DNA of 64,000 nt, from the NCBI GenBank assembly GCA_015680685.1, contig MNCI01002172.1:596507-660506 (forward strand). Reading direction: 5' to 3'. The position numbers were made by a program, and so were the translations under genes. Below the pieces are notes generated by a model, which worked only from the letters and a program-made list of their open reading frames with translations, did not search any database and had not been told where the DNA came from. The DNA is from Gnetum montanum (taxonomy: Eukaryota > Plantae > Gnetophyta). This document shows, piece by piece, positions 27,377 through 39,995 of this stretch (its first letter is position 1; each line of letters starts with the position of its first letter).

Positions 27377-28060
27377 TCTGCTTCGCTACTAAACGCTCCG
27401 AACAAAACCTAAATATAATTCCGCGAATCCGCGCGAGAGCTTTAAGTTGCTGAATCAGACGGCTTCAATCAGTTAAGCAGCCCTGCTCGAACAATCCGAA
27501 AACCATAAAAGCGCAAGCGTGCTTAAGTATTGCACTGTTGCCCGGCTAAAATAAGGAACGAATTTTCTTCCAAAGAGAAAGCTTATCTGTTCAATATTAC
27601 TGTTCCGCCGGAGATTAGCCTATTAATTTCATGCACATGCATGGAATGCCAGATTTAGCAAATTACAGTGGTCGACGCCACGCAATTTTCTCAGGAATGC
27701 CAAATTACAATCTTAGTGGCTAAGCAGCTCCAAAGAAGCATTGAAAGTTTCAACGGCTCCTTCCAACGAAACGATTCGGTTACCCAATGCACCAATGAAT
27801 TAAAAATTCTTTTCGTAATAAGTAAATGATTTGATTGGTGGATTGCTGGCGTATCATACACGGATTCTTCGTATGAACTTGACGTTGACATGGACACTTT
27901 GAAAGGTATTTGCTTTACCAGGTAACATTTATGAAACTAATTTGATAATGCTGGTAAGCTCTGCTTTTTGAGAAAAAAAAAAAAACAGAATTGATTTCGT
28001 AACGTTTGGGAAACTTATTTTATAAGGATAGGAAGCTCTGCTTTAAAAAAAAAAAAAAAA

Positions 28061-28091
28061 NNNNNNNNNNNNNNNNNNNNNNNNNNNNNNN
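28061..28091. other. Assembly gap (31 N)
   Basis: Run of N following a poly-A tract. Confidence 0.99.
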
Positions 28092-28177
28092 CATTTTAGG
28101 TTACCTGTTGAATCCTTAAAAGTTAAGCTTACTTAAAAATTCTTGCAACTTACGTTGGATGTAGCTTTGGTCAACAA

Positions 28178-28506
28178 TTCCTTTTTGAAAAATCTCAGGG
28201 ATTGTGTTATAGTGTGAACGAGTTCACGATCCTTAAGAATACACAACCAAATAATTTCATCCAATGATTTTGTTCTAGTTGGAAAGATTCCTTTTTGAAA
28301 AATTTAGGGATTTTGTTAGAGTGTGAATGAGTTCACGAGCCTTAAGTATTCACACAACCAAATAATTTCATCCAATGATTTTGTCCTAGTTGGAAAGATT
28401 CCTTTTTGAAAAATCTTAGGGATTTTGTTATAGTGTGAATTAGTTCACGAGCCTTAAGTATTCACACAACCAACTAATTTCATCCAACGATTTTGTCCTA
28501 GTTGGA
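28178..28506. repeat. Tandem repeat, 3 x ~110 bp
   Basis: Units begin TTCCTTTTTGAAAAAT at 28178, 28288 and 28399 and are near-identical. Confidence 0.93.
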
Positions 28507-29089
28507 TCTATCATCTTAAATATTCAATTGACTTTTCAACATAGGTATAACTACCTTTAATTCATCTTAAGATGGATAACAATGTGGGAAGGGTACTTAG
28601 GGGTGTAGGGCAAGTGGTTAGGACACTCAATTCTCAATTGGGAGATTGTGGATTTGATTTTTACCTATACTTTTGAGTGTATGATTGTGGTTAGTTAATA
28701 CTAAAAAACTTCACTTTAGGGTATGAAAAAGATCAAACTTCTCTATTGGAAGTGACCTCTTGGGTTTTCACTTTCTACAATAGGCTTCTTATTAAAAAAA
28801 TGAGTGATACATTCAAGGCCACAACTAAAATTTGAGTTGTTGAATGGTGTCACATTTAACAAACAAAGGAAGAACATTAGCTATAGAATCTTTACGATAA
28901 ACTACATTAGACTGAAATTTTTAAATGGCATAAAGTACAAGGGGATAAAATAAACTCTAAGTATGAACCAAAAGCCCTTGAAGTTAAGTATTACCAAATA
29001 AAACTTCCTCCAACCTTAGCTTAAAACCATACACATATGAGTTGCATCAAGACTAACTAATCTGAGTAAGGCAATACTTGTAAAAGTAG

Positions 29090-29480
29090 TTGATGAATAA
29101 GTCTTCCATATTAGAGGTGATTTCAATATAGTTAAAAGTCATTTAGATAAACTTGATGGTCTTTCTCCTAATATGTCTTTTCAAGAAAAAGAACATTGCT
29201 GCAATTTTAAAGAAAAATATTTTCTTTCTGATGTTAGTTCTTTATTTCTACATCATTTAAATGAGAAGCATTATACTTGGTGTAATTACCAATAATGAAC
29301 TAATAGAATTTGTTGTCTACTTGATAGATTTTACATCTCTAATGTTTCTTTTTTGAAGCCTAAAGGAAAGTAGAAGTGCATATAGATGTTACTTTGTCAA
29401 ACCATTTCTTATTAGCATTTTTCTCTTTAGAATTAATTCTTCCTCCTTCAAAAACATGAGTTTTTTGGTATAAATGCTAA
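29090..29480 (+). pseudogene. LINE (L1-like) apurinic endonuclease fragment
   Basis: Contains the degenerate APE motifs GDFNIVKSHLDK, HYTWCNY, LDRFYIS and an SNH (SDH-like) motif. Confidence 0.75.
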
Positions 29481-32400
29481 TATGTTCTCAGGACCTAGTG
29501 GGAAAAATATTTTAAAGTTTTTATGGAATGTAGAAAAAAGGCCTACCAGTGATAATTGTTTCTATGAAATTATTCTTCTTAACTCCACAAGGGCACCTAC
29601 ATGAACCAAGTGTTAGAATATTCAATTCACAGCTACAAACAGTTTTTAACTCAATACAATCTTCACTAAGTTAATGATGATAACAAGATGGGACACAAAT
29701 CTCTAATCGAATGTGGACTTAGCCTACCAAACATGAACTAAAAAGAGTAGGAAAATGATAAAAACACATAGGTTGAATTGCTAGAAAAATGGCTAAGTAT
29801 GAAATGTTGAAATAAGGCCTAAGTATAAAATGCTAAAAAATTGTCCAAGTATGGAATACATGATAAGTGATAAATTCTAAATGTAAAATGTGAAAAAAAA
29901 GTATAAACTATTCAAATGCAAGATGCTACAATATTGGAAATGGTTTAGACTCCTTTCCAAATAATATAAATGTTTAAATGATTTGCAGAACGAATGTCTG
30001 TCTCCTAAGGAAGGCCAAACTGCAAGTGTTTGCAAAAATGTAAGTATATGAAAATTGATAATATAAGCTCGATTCAAGAGCAAATATGAGTTTGATGGAG
30101 GATTTTAAACCTCTAGAAGGTAGGTAGATGGATGGATAAGTCACAACAATGATCCATAGTTAGTTTGGAGCCAAAATAAGGCCATTTTGGCTAAATGTCT
30201 TAGTGCTAACACTGGAGCTTGAAAAAATTGATCTCTTGAAGATGATGTTGAAGGTTGAAATATTCTATCTCTAGTAACCAATGTTGATACTAGTTAAGTG
30301 ATGTTGGAGATACACCAGTGTTGGTCCTAGAGGTGCAAGTGTGGCTATGGAGCACATTAGTCACCCTAGAAAGTTTGTTGTGGGTGCTCACAATCTCTTG
30401 AAATCCCAAAAATATGCTCAAGATCTCAAAAAACTAGCCTAGAATTTGTGTTTTGAACCCTTATTTCTTGGGCTAGAGTTGCCAATTCCAACTTAGGGTT
30501 GCTAATTTTGAACTTGGAATTAAGTCCTACTTTTTCTGAAGTTGCTTCGAGGTTTCTAATAGCAAAATTTGACTTTTAAACTTAGTAAATCCAATGGCCT
30601 AGGTACATTGATGTTAATGCTGACATCAACATCAACATTACCAATACCCATAAACTTTCAAGTAATTTTGATCAAGTGCTAGTATGGGCCTCCCAGGATT
30701 CTCTCTGATGCTCAAACTAATGATGAATGATGTGAAGATACTATTGAGGAATCCATGAGGTGCTAGAGGACATCAAGAAAAAGGTGCTAGAGGACATGTT
30801 GAGAGTTCAAGGGTGGTGACATTAACATCAGCATCAATGTCATCTATACTTAGCCAAAATTTCATACTTTGATCAAGTTGACATGTTAAGCTCCCAAGAC
30901 TTCATATGATCCTTGAACTATCGTTAAATACTACCAAGATGAAGTTGAGGAAGTTGAGAAGCCTATAGATGTTGTCGAATGTTTCTCTGAAATGTTAAGG
31001 ATGGTAAAATGTAGGCCCCACATGTGCTAACATTGATGCTAACATCCACATCAATGTTAGCAAAGCACTTAGAAAATTTTTTGCACTTTTTCAGCTATTC
31101 ATTATGCCTTAACTCACATACATGGTTATGCAAGGTAGTATCCATACATTAGAGGTCATTTTGAAAGCCTTGTGAAAAAAATTCTAAGTATATTTCTATA
31201 GCAATAGTTTAAAATGTTTAGATAGAAAAACTTAAATCTTCAACTTCTCACTTGTTACTAGATGTGCATACCACTATTCTTTCTAGTTGGATGAGATTGA
31301 AATTGTTTTTAATTGTATTTAAGCAAGAATTGTTGGATCTCATCCTTACTTGCTAGTTGGCAAGGGTAAAACCCATAGACATGTGAGCATTACTAATGAT
31401 TATCATTGAAGATGTATGCATTGGCACAATGGGCATGGATGCAAGTTAAGGCATAGTAGAGATAATTTCTCAAGGTGGATTTATCTTAATAGCATAGGCA
31501 AGTTAGCTCATTAGAGTAGGCAAAGGATTTGATAATAAGTTTCTACAACTAATTTTTTGCCTCACACCATAGCTTGAATGTATATTTTATGGATCTAATT
31601 TTTTTCAATAAATTTGATGTTTATCTAGCAGATTTGATTTTCTTCTAGTAGATTTAATATTTCTCTAACAAATTTAATGTTTTTAGTAGATCTAATTTTT
31701 TTCCAATGAATCTAATTTCTCTAGAATTATCCTATGAGGGATTCTATATTACTTTCAACTTCTTTAACTAATGTTGAAATTTTTGCTTCTTTTTATCAAT
31801 GTGAAAATTTTTGTTAATTCTCAAAATGTAGATTTACAAGCTTGTAAGAAAAAAGTTGTGACACTTTCTTCTAGTGATATTAATGCAAGCAAGAAACCTA
31901 ATTTTATTCTTCTTGATGATGTATATGAGTTATTAGTTGATTTTTCATCAAAATATGTATTTATTTAAATTTTGAGTTACCTACCTTGTAATCGAAGTTT
32001 CATTTTGCAAATAAATGATGTGATGAAAAAACATGACATCCAAGCTTTTTATGCTACGTATTATTCTTAGGTTTTCTAATTTTTGATTAGGCAATGCTTC
32101 AATGGTGCAACATGCCCTAGATATAGGGTCTTTTATGCATAACAAGTAGTGTTGATCATTCATAAATGGGCTTCAGATTTTAACATCCAATCTAAAGAAT
32201 ATGCTAAAGTTTCATGTTTCTTTAAGTTATATAATCTTTCTTTAGTCTCCTCAGTTCCATTAAGCATATAGAATATCTTTCCATAATTTTTGATTTTCAA
32301 ATATATTTTTTTATTAAAATCAATCTTCTCAATTGTAAAAATAAGTTGGTATTATAAGTAAGAGGAAAGATTTATATTCAACCAATTACATATTATAATC

Positions 32401-33180
32401 TTCCTAATTCTTGCAACTTTTTCCATTGTGAGGGACATTTAATGTTTATCCTTTTCTACTCAAGAAAAGATATTTTGAAGAAAAGAAAAATCATGTCAAA
32501 ACTGAAGATAAAAAAAAATTATAAAGTTGATGATATGAAAAAGCAAATTAATGTTAATGATAAAAATGATTAACTATCAATAAAGAATCTATAGAAGATA
32601 GACACTCCTATATATATTTTTACTGGTATTAGAGAAAGTATTAAGCAGTCTAGACAAATAGCTCGTAAGAAAATTTTTTCCCTATTTACCAAGAATACTA
32701 TTAACTTAAAAATTAAAACTAGTATTGATATGAAGGTTATAGTTGATTGAAAAGATTCTTAATGTAGGTGGTACGATTTTATTACTTTGATATAAATATT
32801 AGTATTAAGCCATAATTTTCTATTTTGAATCCTTTTGCTATTTTAAGTTTAAGCATAGTGTTGTGGTTTGAATTGTCATAATAACAAAATCCAATAAGAC
32901 CTAATACAGAATTAAGCCAAGCAGTATTGTGGTCACCAAATGGTTCAAAAAAAAAAACTAAACTTTCAAATAATTTCTTTCAAATCGAAAGGGGACCTAG
33001 GGATTGTAGGATAAATTCTAATAATCCAAGTTGAACATTTTTGCCAAATGTTAGTAAATTAAAAGCAAAAGAGAAAGGCACATGAATTGAATAGCTAGAT
33101 AGAAATGAGCAAAGATCATATGCGGATCTATGTAAAGATAACGTAGTGTATGTAACTAGCAAATGAAAACAATTGGCAAT

Positions 33181-34399
33181 TATAATGATGGAAAACGTTG
33201 GTCGTTAGAAATACCAAGCGAAGTTCCGTGTACACAATTCCAACCCTGAATCCGTGCAAGGGCCATGCTGGAGCAAACGAATCTGAGGTGCCTTGAATGG
33301 CCTTGTCGATTAGATAGGGACTTACTTAATCAGTAAATTTTATGATAACTGGATTACAAGATAATGATTTTGATGAGGAGATATGATATTGGTAATCTCG
33401 AAGGCAATGAGAACGATGTGAATGATTCGAAGCAATAGCAAAACCTATGTAGATAGGATGCAATAAATTGGATTTAGAGAATGTGCAATCCCGAGATCTG
33501 GGATTTAGTTTATAAACAAATATGTTGAATACAATGATTGTAGGCAGACTTCGGTTTAGACGAAGCACATGCCAAGAATAGGAAAGCTATTCAAAGATGA
33601 AACAAGCAAAGGCCGATCTACCTTGTTCTAGCCAATCTGGGTGCAAGGGAGTCAGACCTGAAGCAGAATGTCTGCTAACTGGAAGTTTCTAATAAAAAGC
33701 TCTTGTCGGTCGCCTTCGATGTTCTTTTGATTGCAGATCCTCTATTGTTCTCTTGCCAGTCTTTGCTAAAAATTATCAACAATTGCCAACGAAAGAAAAT
33801 TGCTCTTGGAGGAAATTTTGCCAACCAAGAAAATTTTTTTGCCAACCCCTTGATCATTGTCAACTGGAGTATTTATAAGGTTAGGGTCAGGAGAAAAACG
33901 TGGTTTAGATGACGCATGTCCTGAACCTACAGAATGCTGTTGACTTGGTGCGTTTGTGTTTGAAGCTTATGGCGCCACGTTGCGTTACGCTCTGAAGCGT
34001 AGTGTGTCGTAATCTACCCTTGCTGGAGCTTTGGTAACAAATTGTCCGTCGGTTACGCTGTAATACGCTGAAGAGCGTATCATGACATAAGAACCGCCAA
34101 TGCCTGAATATTGCTATTTCAATTATCTGCTTGCATTATGCTGCGTTATGCTACATTACGTTGCATAGTGTAACTCGGCATAACATAGCGAACCTGCAAA
34201 ATTGAAGTGTTGTCGCTGCACATCCCTTGTTTCTGTTCAGTCTTTCTGGGGTCTATTATGCTGCACTGCATAATGTGGCGTAACAGGCCCTTAGCCAAAA
34301 AAAGGAAAACTTGCTAAGATGTGCAACATGTTACAGATCTTTGCCTAAGCCTCAAGATTTTGCTGAACCATCGAGGTCTCGAAATTTCACGGTGTTTCA
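33181..34399 (-). repeat. 3' LTR of element B (1219 bp)
   Basis: Colinear with 46584-47798. Has a TATAAATA on the minus strand at ~33870, and the PPT follows at 34400-34411. Confidence 0.95.
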
Positions 34400-35574
34400 A
34401 TGGCCCCTCTTTGTTGAAGTTTAGAGGGCTTGCCCGAAAGATGTCGACAAAGAATACGAAACACCATAGAGGTAAAGACACCAACACGTCTGTCGGCAAC
34501 TGCTCAAATAACGCTTTGTCAAACCTGAAAATGCAAAGGTTGGGAGCATAAGGAGTATAGGAGGGATCTTAAAGGAGTGAGAGGGGGGAGGTTCGGGGAA
34601 TACTCAAGCATGTGAATAGGAAAATTTTGCAAAAATGTCATTAGGCATCTTCTCGTGGGTGTTTTCCCGAGAGGTTACACTGCTATACTGCATATGAAGG
34701 GCTTGTACAGATGAGTTGTGTTACGCTCGTATGGCCTGGATGAGTTGTTTTACATCCATTTTGCCTAGCTTTGCCCATTTTTTTTTGAAAGGATGCTTTC
34801 CATGAGGCGAGTTGCATTATGCTAATCCATGGATGATTATCATGTGCGAAAGAGTGCCTATACATTCACGTTTTGTACAAACGAGAGGAAAGGGTAAAGG
34901 TTGTAGGGATAAAGGTAGGAGGAAGTGAGATAAGCTATCTAATGGAGGGAAAAAGGAAGGGTCTACACTCCCAAGTAGTCAGGCTAGTTTGAGCAACCAC
35001 CTTAGAATGTCGTGATGCCTCACCTCCTAGCGAATGCATTCTCGATCAACGCTATCGTAGCAAGTAACCTGCAAAACATAACAGAGAACAGAGAGCAAAA
35101 GAAATCATCCTAATCGCTAGGGAGGCTATTGAAACAAGTGCCATCTGAAGTGAAAAGGAGAGCGTAGGCCGCGGAGAAGGGACCGTGGCAAGAAGCAAGG
35201 GTCCCTATGTTGATGCCATGGTTTAGGAAGTCATCGTAGAGAGCCAGATTCATCTTGCCCAATCAACTAGGCAAAGAACCAGCCAGATGAATCTGCTAAG
35301 CCAGAGTCTTGTGGTGGTGATGGGTGGAGGCCACCGAGGCTATGGGTGACCATAGTTTCCTTAGGGCCCTGAGTGGTGAAGCTGACCCTAGGAGTTGCAA
35401 CTATAGAGTGGTTGTCATAGCAACATCTCCAAGGGATCAGTAGTATGCCTTTTGGCATGTTTGAGGAATCAGTAAGATGCTAGTGGGGTAGCGGCGTTGC
35501 GTCTGTTCCAACACCTTACCTGTTCCATCTGGTAGGGATGTAGTGCAAGAGTGATCACGCTTACTTGCTTCATG

Positions 35575-35955
35575 GATTATCTGTTGGCAGATTCCAGTTT
35601 TCAGTCCTAGTTGATCGTTGTTGCTGATTTTAAGTCTCAGCAGATCGTGGTCTCGGTTTAAAGTCTGGGCAGACTGAAGCCTGCTAGTTTTACATTATAG
35701 CAGATGGTGGAAGAGTTGGTTTATGGTCCCAGTAGACTGTGTTGTGGGTGTCAGTTTTGTGTCATGACCTAGGGACAAGTCTGTGCTGGTTTAGCATCTC
35801 AGCAAACGGATGCTTACCTTGCCAGTTTCACGTCATGATGGATGGTTGAAAACTTTGTTAGTTTAGCGTCATGGCGGATGCATGCAAGAGATGTTAGTTT
35901 TACGTCGTAGTGGACGTGTACAACATTGCCAGTTTTACATCATAGCGGACGTTTG
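35575..35955. repeat. Degenerate ~30-37-bp tandem array in the 3' non-coding region of element B
   Basis: Recurrent (c/t)agtttt(a)cgtcatagcggac-like units just downstream of the integrase stop. Confidence 0.7.
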
Positions 35956-35983
35956 TTACCTTGTGTTTGAACTGAGTTAACAT

Positions 35984-38900
35984 CTAGATGTGGTACCGCT
36001 TCAGATACATATGGTTCACCAGGTTAGGGTGTTCGTTGTTGTTGATGTCTGCTAGCTTGAATGCTCCATTATCGTACATGTTGATAATCAGGAAAGGGCT
36101 TTCCCAGCTTGCAGAGAATTTACCCACTAGTTCATGAACTGCTTTGAGAACCAAGTCTCCTTTCTTGATCGGTCGTTGATGCAAGTTGTGATGATGCTTC
36201 CGTTTCTGCCTGTCTTAATACCTTTCGATGTTGTCGAGCATCTGGATGTGTTTCTTCTCTACTGAGTCTAAATCCACGATCTTGGACTTATTGTGTTGAG
36301 TCTCATTTATAACCATGGATAGGACCATCCGCAATGAGGGAACCCGTAGTTCTAGGGGAAACACTACTTCAGATCCGTAGACTAGGCTGTAGGGTGTCCT
36401 ATCGGTAGTTGTTCTACATGTCGTACGATAGGCCCATAGCACATAGATGATTTTTTCATGCCATCATTTTTTGTTGTTGCTGAGAATCTTCTTCAGTAAA
36501 TTGATGATCACCTTGTTTGTTGCCTCTGCTTGACCATTTGCTTGTGGGTAATAAGGTAAAGAAAAAGATTGCTTAATACCAAGGTTACTGTAGAAATATT
36601 TGGTTTTGGTACTACTAATTTATGGCTTGTTGTCGGTCACAATAGTCATGGGAAGCCCAAACCTAGCTACTATATTGTCCAAGATAAAATGGCAAACCTG
36701 TTGAGATGAAATACTTGGTGGCTATGATAATGAAGCTATGTCCTGCAGAAGATTTAGGTGTGATGGGACCTATGATGTCTAGTCCCCATTGTTGGAATGG
36801 CCAAGTGATTTGTGTAGTATGCAATTCAGTTGGTGACATGTGTATTAGATTTGCGTAACGTTGGCATGTGTCACATGTCTTAACCTTGGTCAGGCAGTCT
36901 CATTCCATGTACGGCTAGTAATACCCTAAGCGTTTGATTTTAGCAACCATGGCTAGCGGGGCTATGTGTCCCCCACATAGTCCTTCATGGACTTCGCTAA
37001 CTATTCTTTGCACTTGGTCATATTAATGCAGGTTAGCAATACTCCATCAAAAGAGCGTCTACAGAGAGTACTGTCTTCGATGATGACATATTGCTGGGCA
37101 CGCTTGTGGATTACGTCTTTTTGTGCAGGTGTTAACTCATGTGGTGGTTCGCCATGCAAAAGGTAGGCTTTAATGTTATTGTACCATTCTGGCATTTCAC
37201 CCATGCTTAGAGAAGAAATTTACACTGCTTGAATGACAGGGTTTGTACATTTCGTCATTAAAGCGGGCCAAGTGGCAAACAAATGTGATGGCACATTTAA
37301 AGCCAGTGTGGCTAGTGCATCGGCTATAGTGTTCTCATTACGCGGCACGTGTTGGACATCAGTTGTCATGAATTGTTTCAAGAGATCTTTAACCATATCG
37401 TAATAGGATTGCAGATGCACAACTTTGCAGGTGTAGACCCCTATGATTTGATTGATGACGAGCATCGAATTGCCTTGGATTGCCAGATGTCGAACATTGA
37501 GTTCCTTGGCTATCAACAATCCCCTGAGGAGCCCCTCGTACTTTGCCATATTATTTGTACAAGGAAATGCTAGGCGGTAAGCCAATGGACGAACATCCTC
37601 AGGGGAGAGCGTAATGATAGCGGCAACATTGCTGTCTCTGGTAGTCGAAGCTCCATCGAAGTATAACGTCGCTTCGAGGCTTGTCGATATAGGGCTTAAA
37701 CTATGTATCTGTTCATTAGGAAACTCGGGCTCTATCGTGGCTTGATCATTAACAAGTGATGTTGCAAGCTGGTCGGCTATCGCTTAGCCTTTCGTGGAAG
37801 ATTGGCCAACGTAGTGCAAGTCGAATTCTGTTGTGATGGATATCTAGTGGGCTATCCTACTGCTCTTGTATAAATTATTTGTGATGGCCCACATAATGTT
37901 GTTCTTGCAGATTATATTGACCTAGCTACGGAAAAGATAGTGCTTACACTTTTTTAATGCAAACACCAACGCTAAACAGTTACACTCTACTTCATTATAC
38001 CATGTTTTGTACACAAATCAGGCATGGCTTAGATAATAGATATGGACTTTTGACCCGTCGTCCCTTCTTTGGCACAACAACATAGCTATAGACACATCTA
38101 AACTTGCCAGATAAATGTAGAAAGGTTGATCCCTTTGTGGCAGGAAAACCATTGGCAAATGTAATAGCTCTTTCTTCAGATTATCAAACGCACGCTGGCA
38201 ATTCTCGGTCCATTCGAAGTTAACCCCTTTCTTGAGCAGATGCTGCATAGGGTGTAACTTATCTATTAACTTCTAAATGAACCGCTTGATAAACTGCAAC
38301 CTACCTTGCAACCCATGTAGTTCTTTGAGGTTCGTAGGTGGTGCTAGATTAACGATGGCTTTAACCTTGTCGGGTCCGACTTGGATGCCAGTCTCCGATA
38401 CCACAAACCCCAACATGCATATGGTTTTGACTTCGAATACGCATTTTATTCGGTTGAGCCATAGGTCATGCTTGAGACATTGTTTAAAGATTAACTCTAG
38501 GTCTTCTTAGTGATCTTCTAACTTCTTAGATTTGACAGCTATGTCGTCTACGTAGTCGTTCAATCTCTCTAAGAGGTAATCGCTAAAGATGTATGTCATA
38601 GCCCGTTGATAAGTTGCTCCAGCATTTTTTAAATTGAAAGGCATCATGGTGTAATAGGAAGTTCCCCAAGGGGTCATGAAAGTTGTAGTCAGTTGATATT
38701 CTAGGTTGATACGAATTTCATTGTAGCCTGAAAATCCATCCATAAAGGATAGTAATGCATGACTAGTTGTTGTATTGATAAGTTGGTCGATACTCGGTAA
38801 TGGGAAGTTGTTTTTAATCGTGGCCTTGTTAAGATTGCAGAAGTTTATATAGATGCGTATTCCTCCTATTTTCTTAGAGACAACTACGATGTTTGACATC

Positions 38901-39424
38901 CAATTTGAATAATCAACTACGCAAATGAAACCATCCTGGTACAGCTTAGTAATTTCATCACGCACTGCTAATGAAATTTTAGGCTTAATCTTCCATGCTT
39001 TCTATTTAATTGCTTTGATATGCAGGTCTAAAACTATGTTGTGCTATATTAGTCTTGGGTCTAAACCTGGCATGTCTTCGTATGACCATGCGAATGCCGC
39101 AACATTATGTTGGAGCACTCGAAATATGTTGCTTTGCGTTTGTTGGTCAAGGAGAGAACTAACTTTCAGAGTTTTGCTTTTTCTTTTGTGCATAACCATA
39201 GGAACCTCAGTGAGGGAGTCCTCGGTCACATCGCCAGCCTCTAGGTCTAGGGTTCGGGCCAAATGTTTTAGCCAGTCTGGGGATATTTCTGAGGCTGTTA
39301 TGGTTATGTTGTAGAGGGAAGCGTCAGTTCCTATCAGTGCAAGGTTGAGTTGTCTAATAGTTTCCCCGTATGGGCCTGTTAGGGCTAGGGGTGTGAGTAA
39401 AGCTGCGTCCATTTGTGAATTGAC
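35984..39424 (-). pseudogene. pol of element B: RT (~38200-39100), native RNase H remnant (~37700-38150), additional archaeal-type RNase H (~37220-37680), integrase (~35984-37000)
   Basis: FAWSYEDMPG; MDGFSGYN..MPFNLKNAGATYQRAM..YVDDI. aRH: LYFDGAS..TNNMAKYEGL..GNSMLVINQ..HVPRNEN.IADALA. INT: HEGLCGGH, LWAYRTT..TPYSLVYG, WESPF, VNHMYLKRY. Confidence 0.95.
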
Positions 39425-39995
39425 CTGCAAAACTATCAAAATGGAGGTTGTTACATTGTATTATTTTTTTATTGAAACGATAGAAGATTTTCTAGAGATG
39501 CATGTCAAAAGGTTGCTAGTTTAAGGTCTTAGCAGACCATTACCATATGCACGGTTTGTGAGAAAGCAGTAAGCCTGATTTCCTAGATGTTAGCGTAAGA
39601 CTTCTGTGAACTATGATGGAAGGTGTAACGTGGCATGTTTAGCATGTCAAAATAGCTAATTTAGAATTTTGTGCAGACCGTAGTTAATGCAACCAGATTA
39701 CGAGATGATAAGCTACACATTAGTTTAGGGTCTTAAGGGACCGTAATCTATAGGATATCTACGCGATTAATGTTGCGATTTTCACACTTCATGTCGCACT
39801 GACATACTTGCGTTTTGGGAAAATTTTGCATTGGTCGGACATGGAAACAGTTAGTTTCAACCAATCCATTTATAAGTCGATGGTTCGTCCTCAAAGCAGA
39901 TTAGAGACATTGCAAATTTGAATTAGGCTATAGCAGAAGGAAAGCAGAAGTAAGGCGTAAGTAGACGATTTTGTGAAGGTTGTTTAGTTATAACC

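Noticed and set aside
28178-28506. CRISPR-like array
   Set aside because: The whole units are repeated with no unique spacers, the context is eukaryotic, and no cas genes are present.
29600-33180. Further TE remnants (GATGTT..AACATC palindromic motifs at 30290-31070, ~21-bp repeats at 31590-31720, a possible zinc knuckle at ~32410-32450)
   Set aside because: Too degenerate to assign a family or boundaries from sequence alone.
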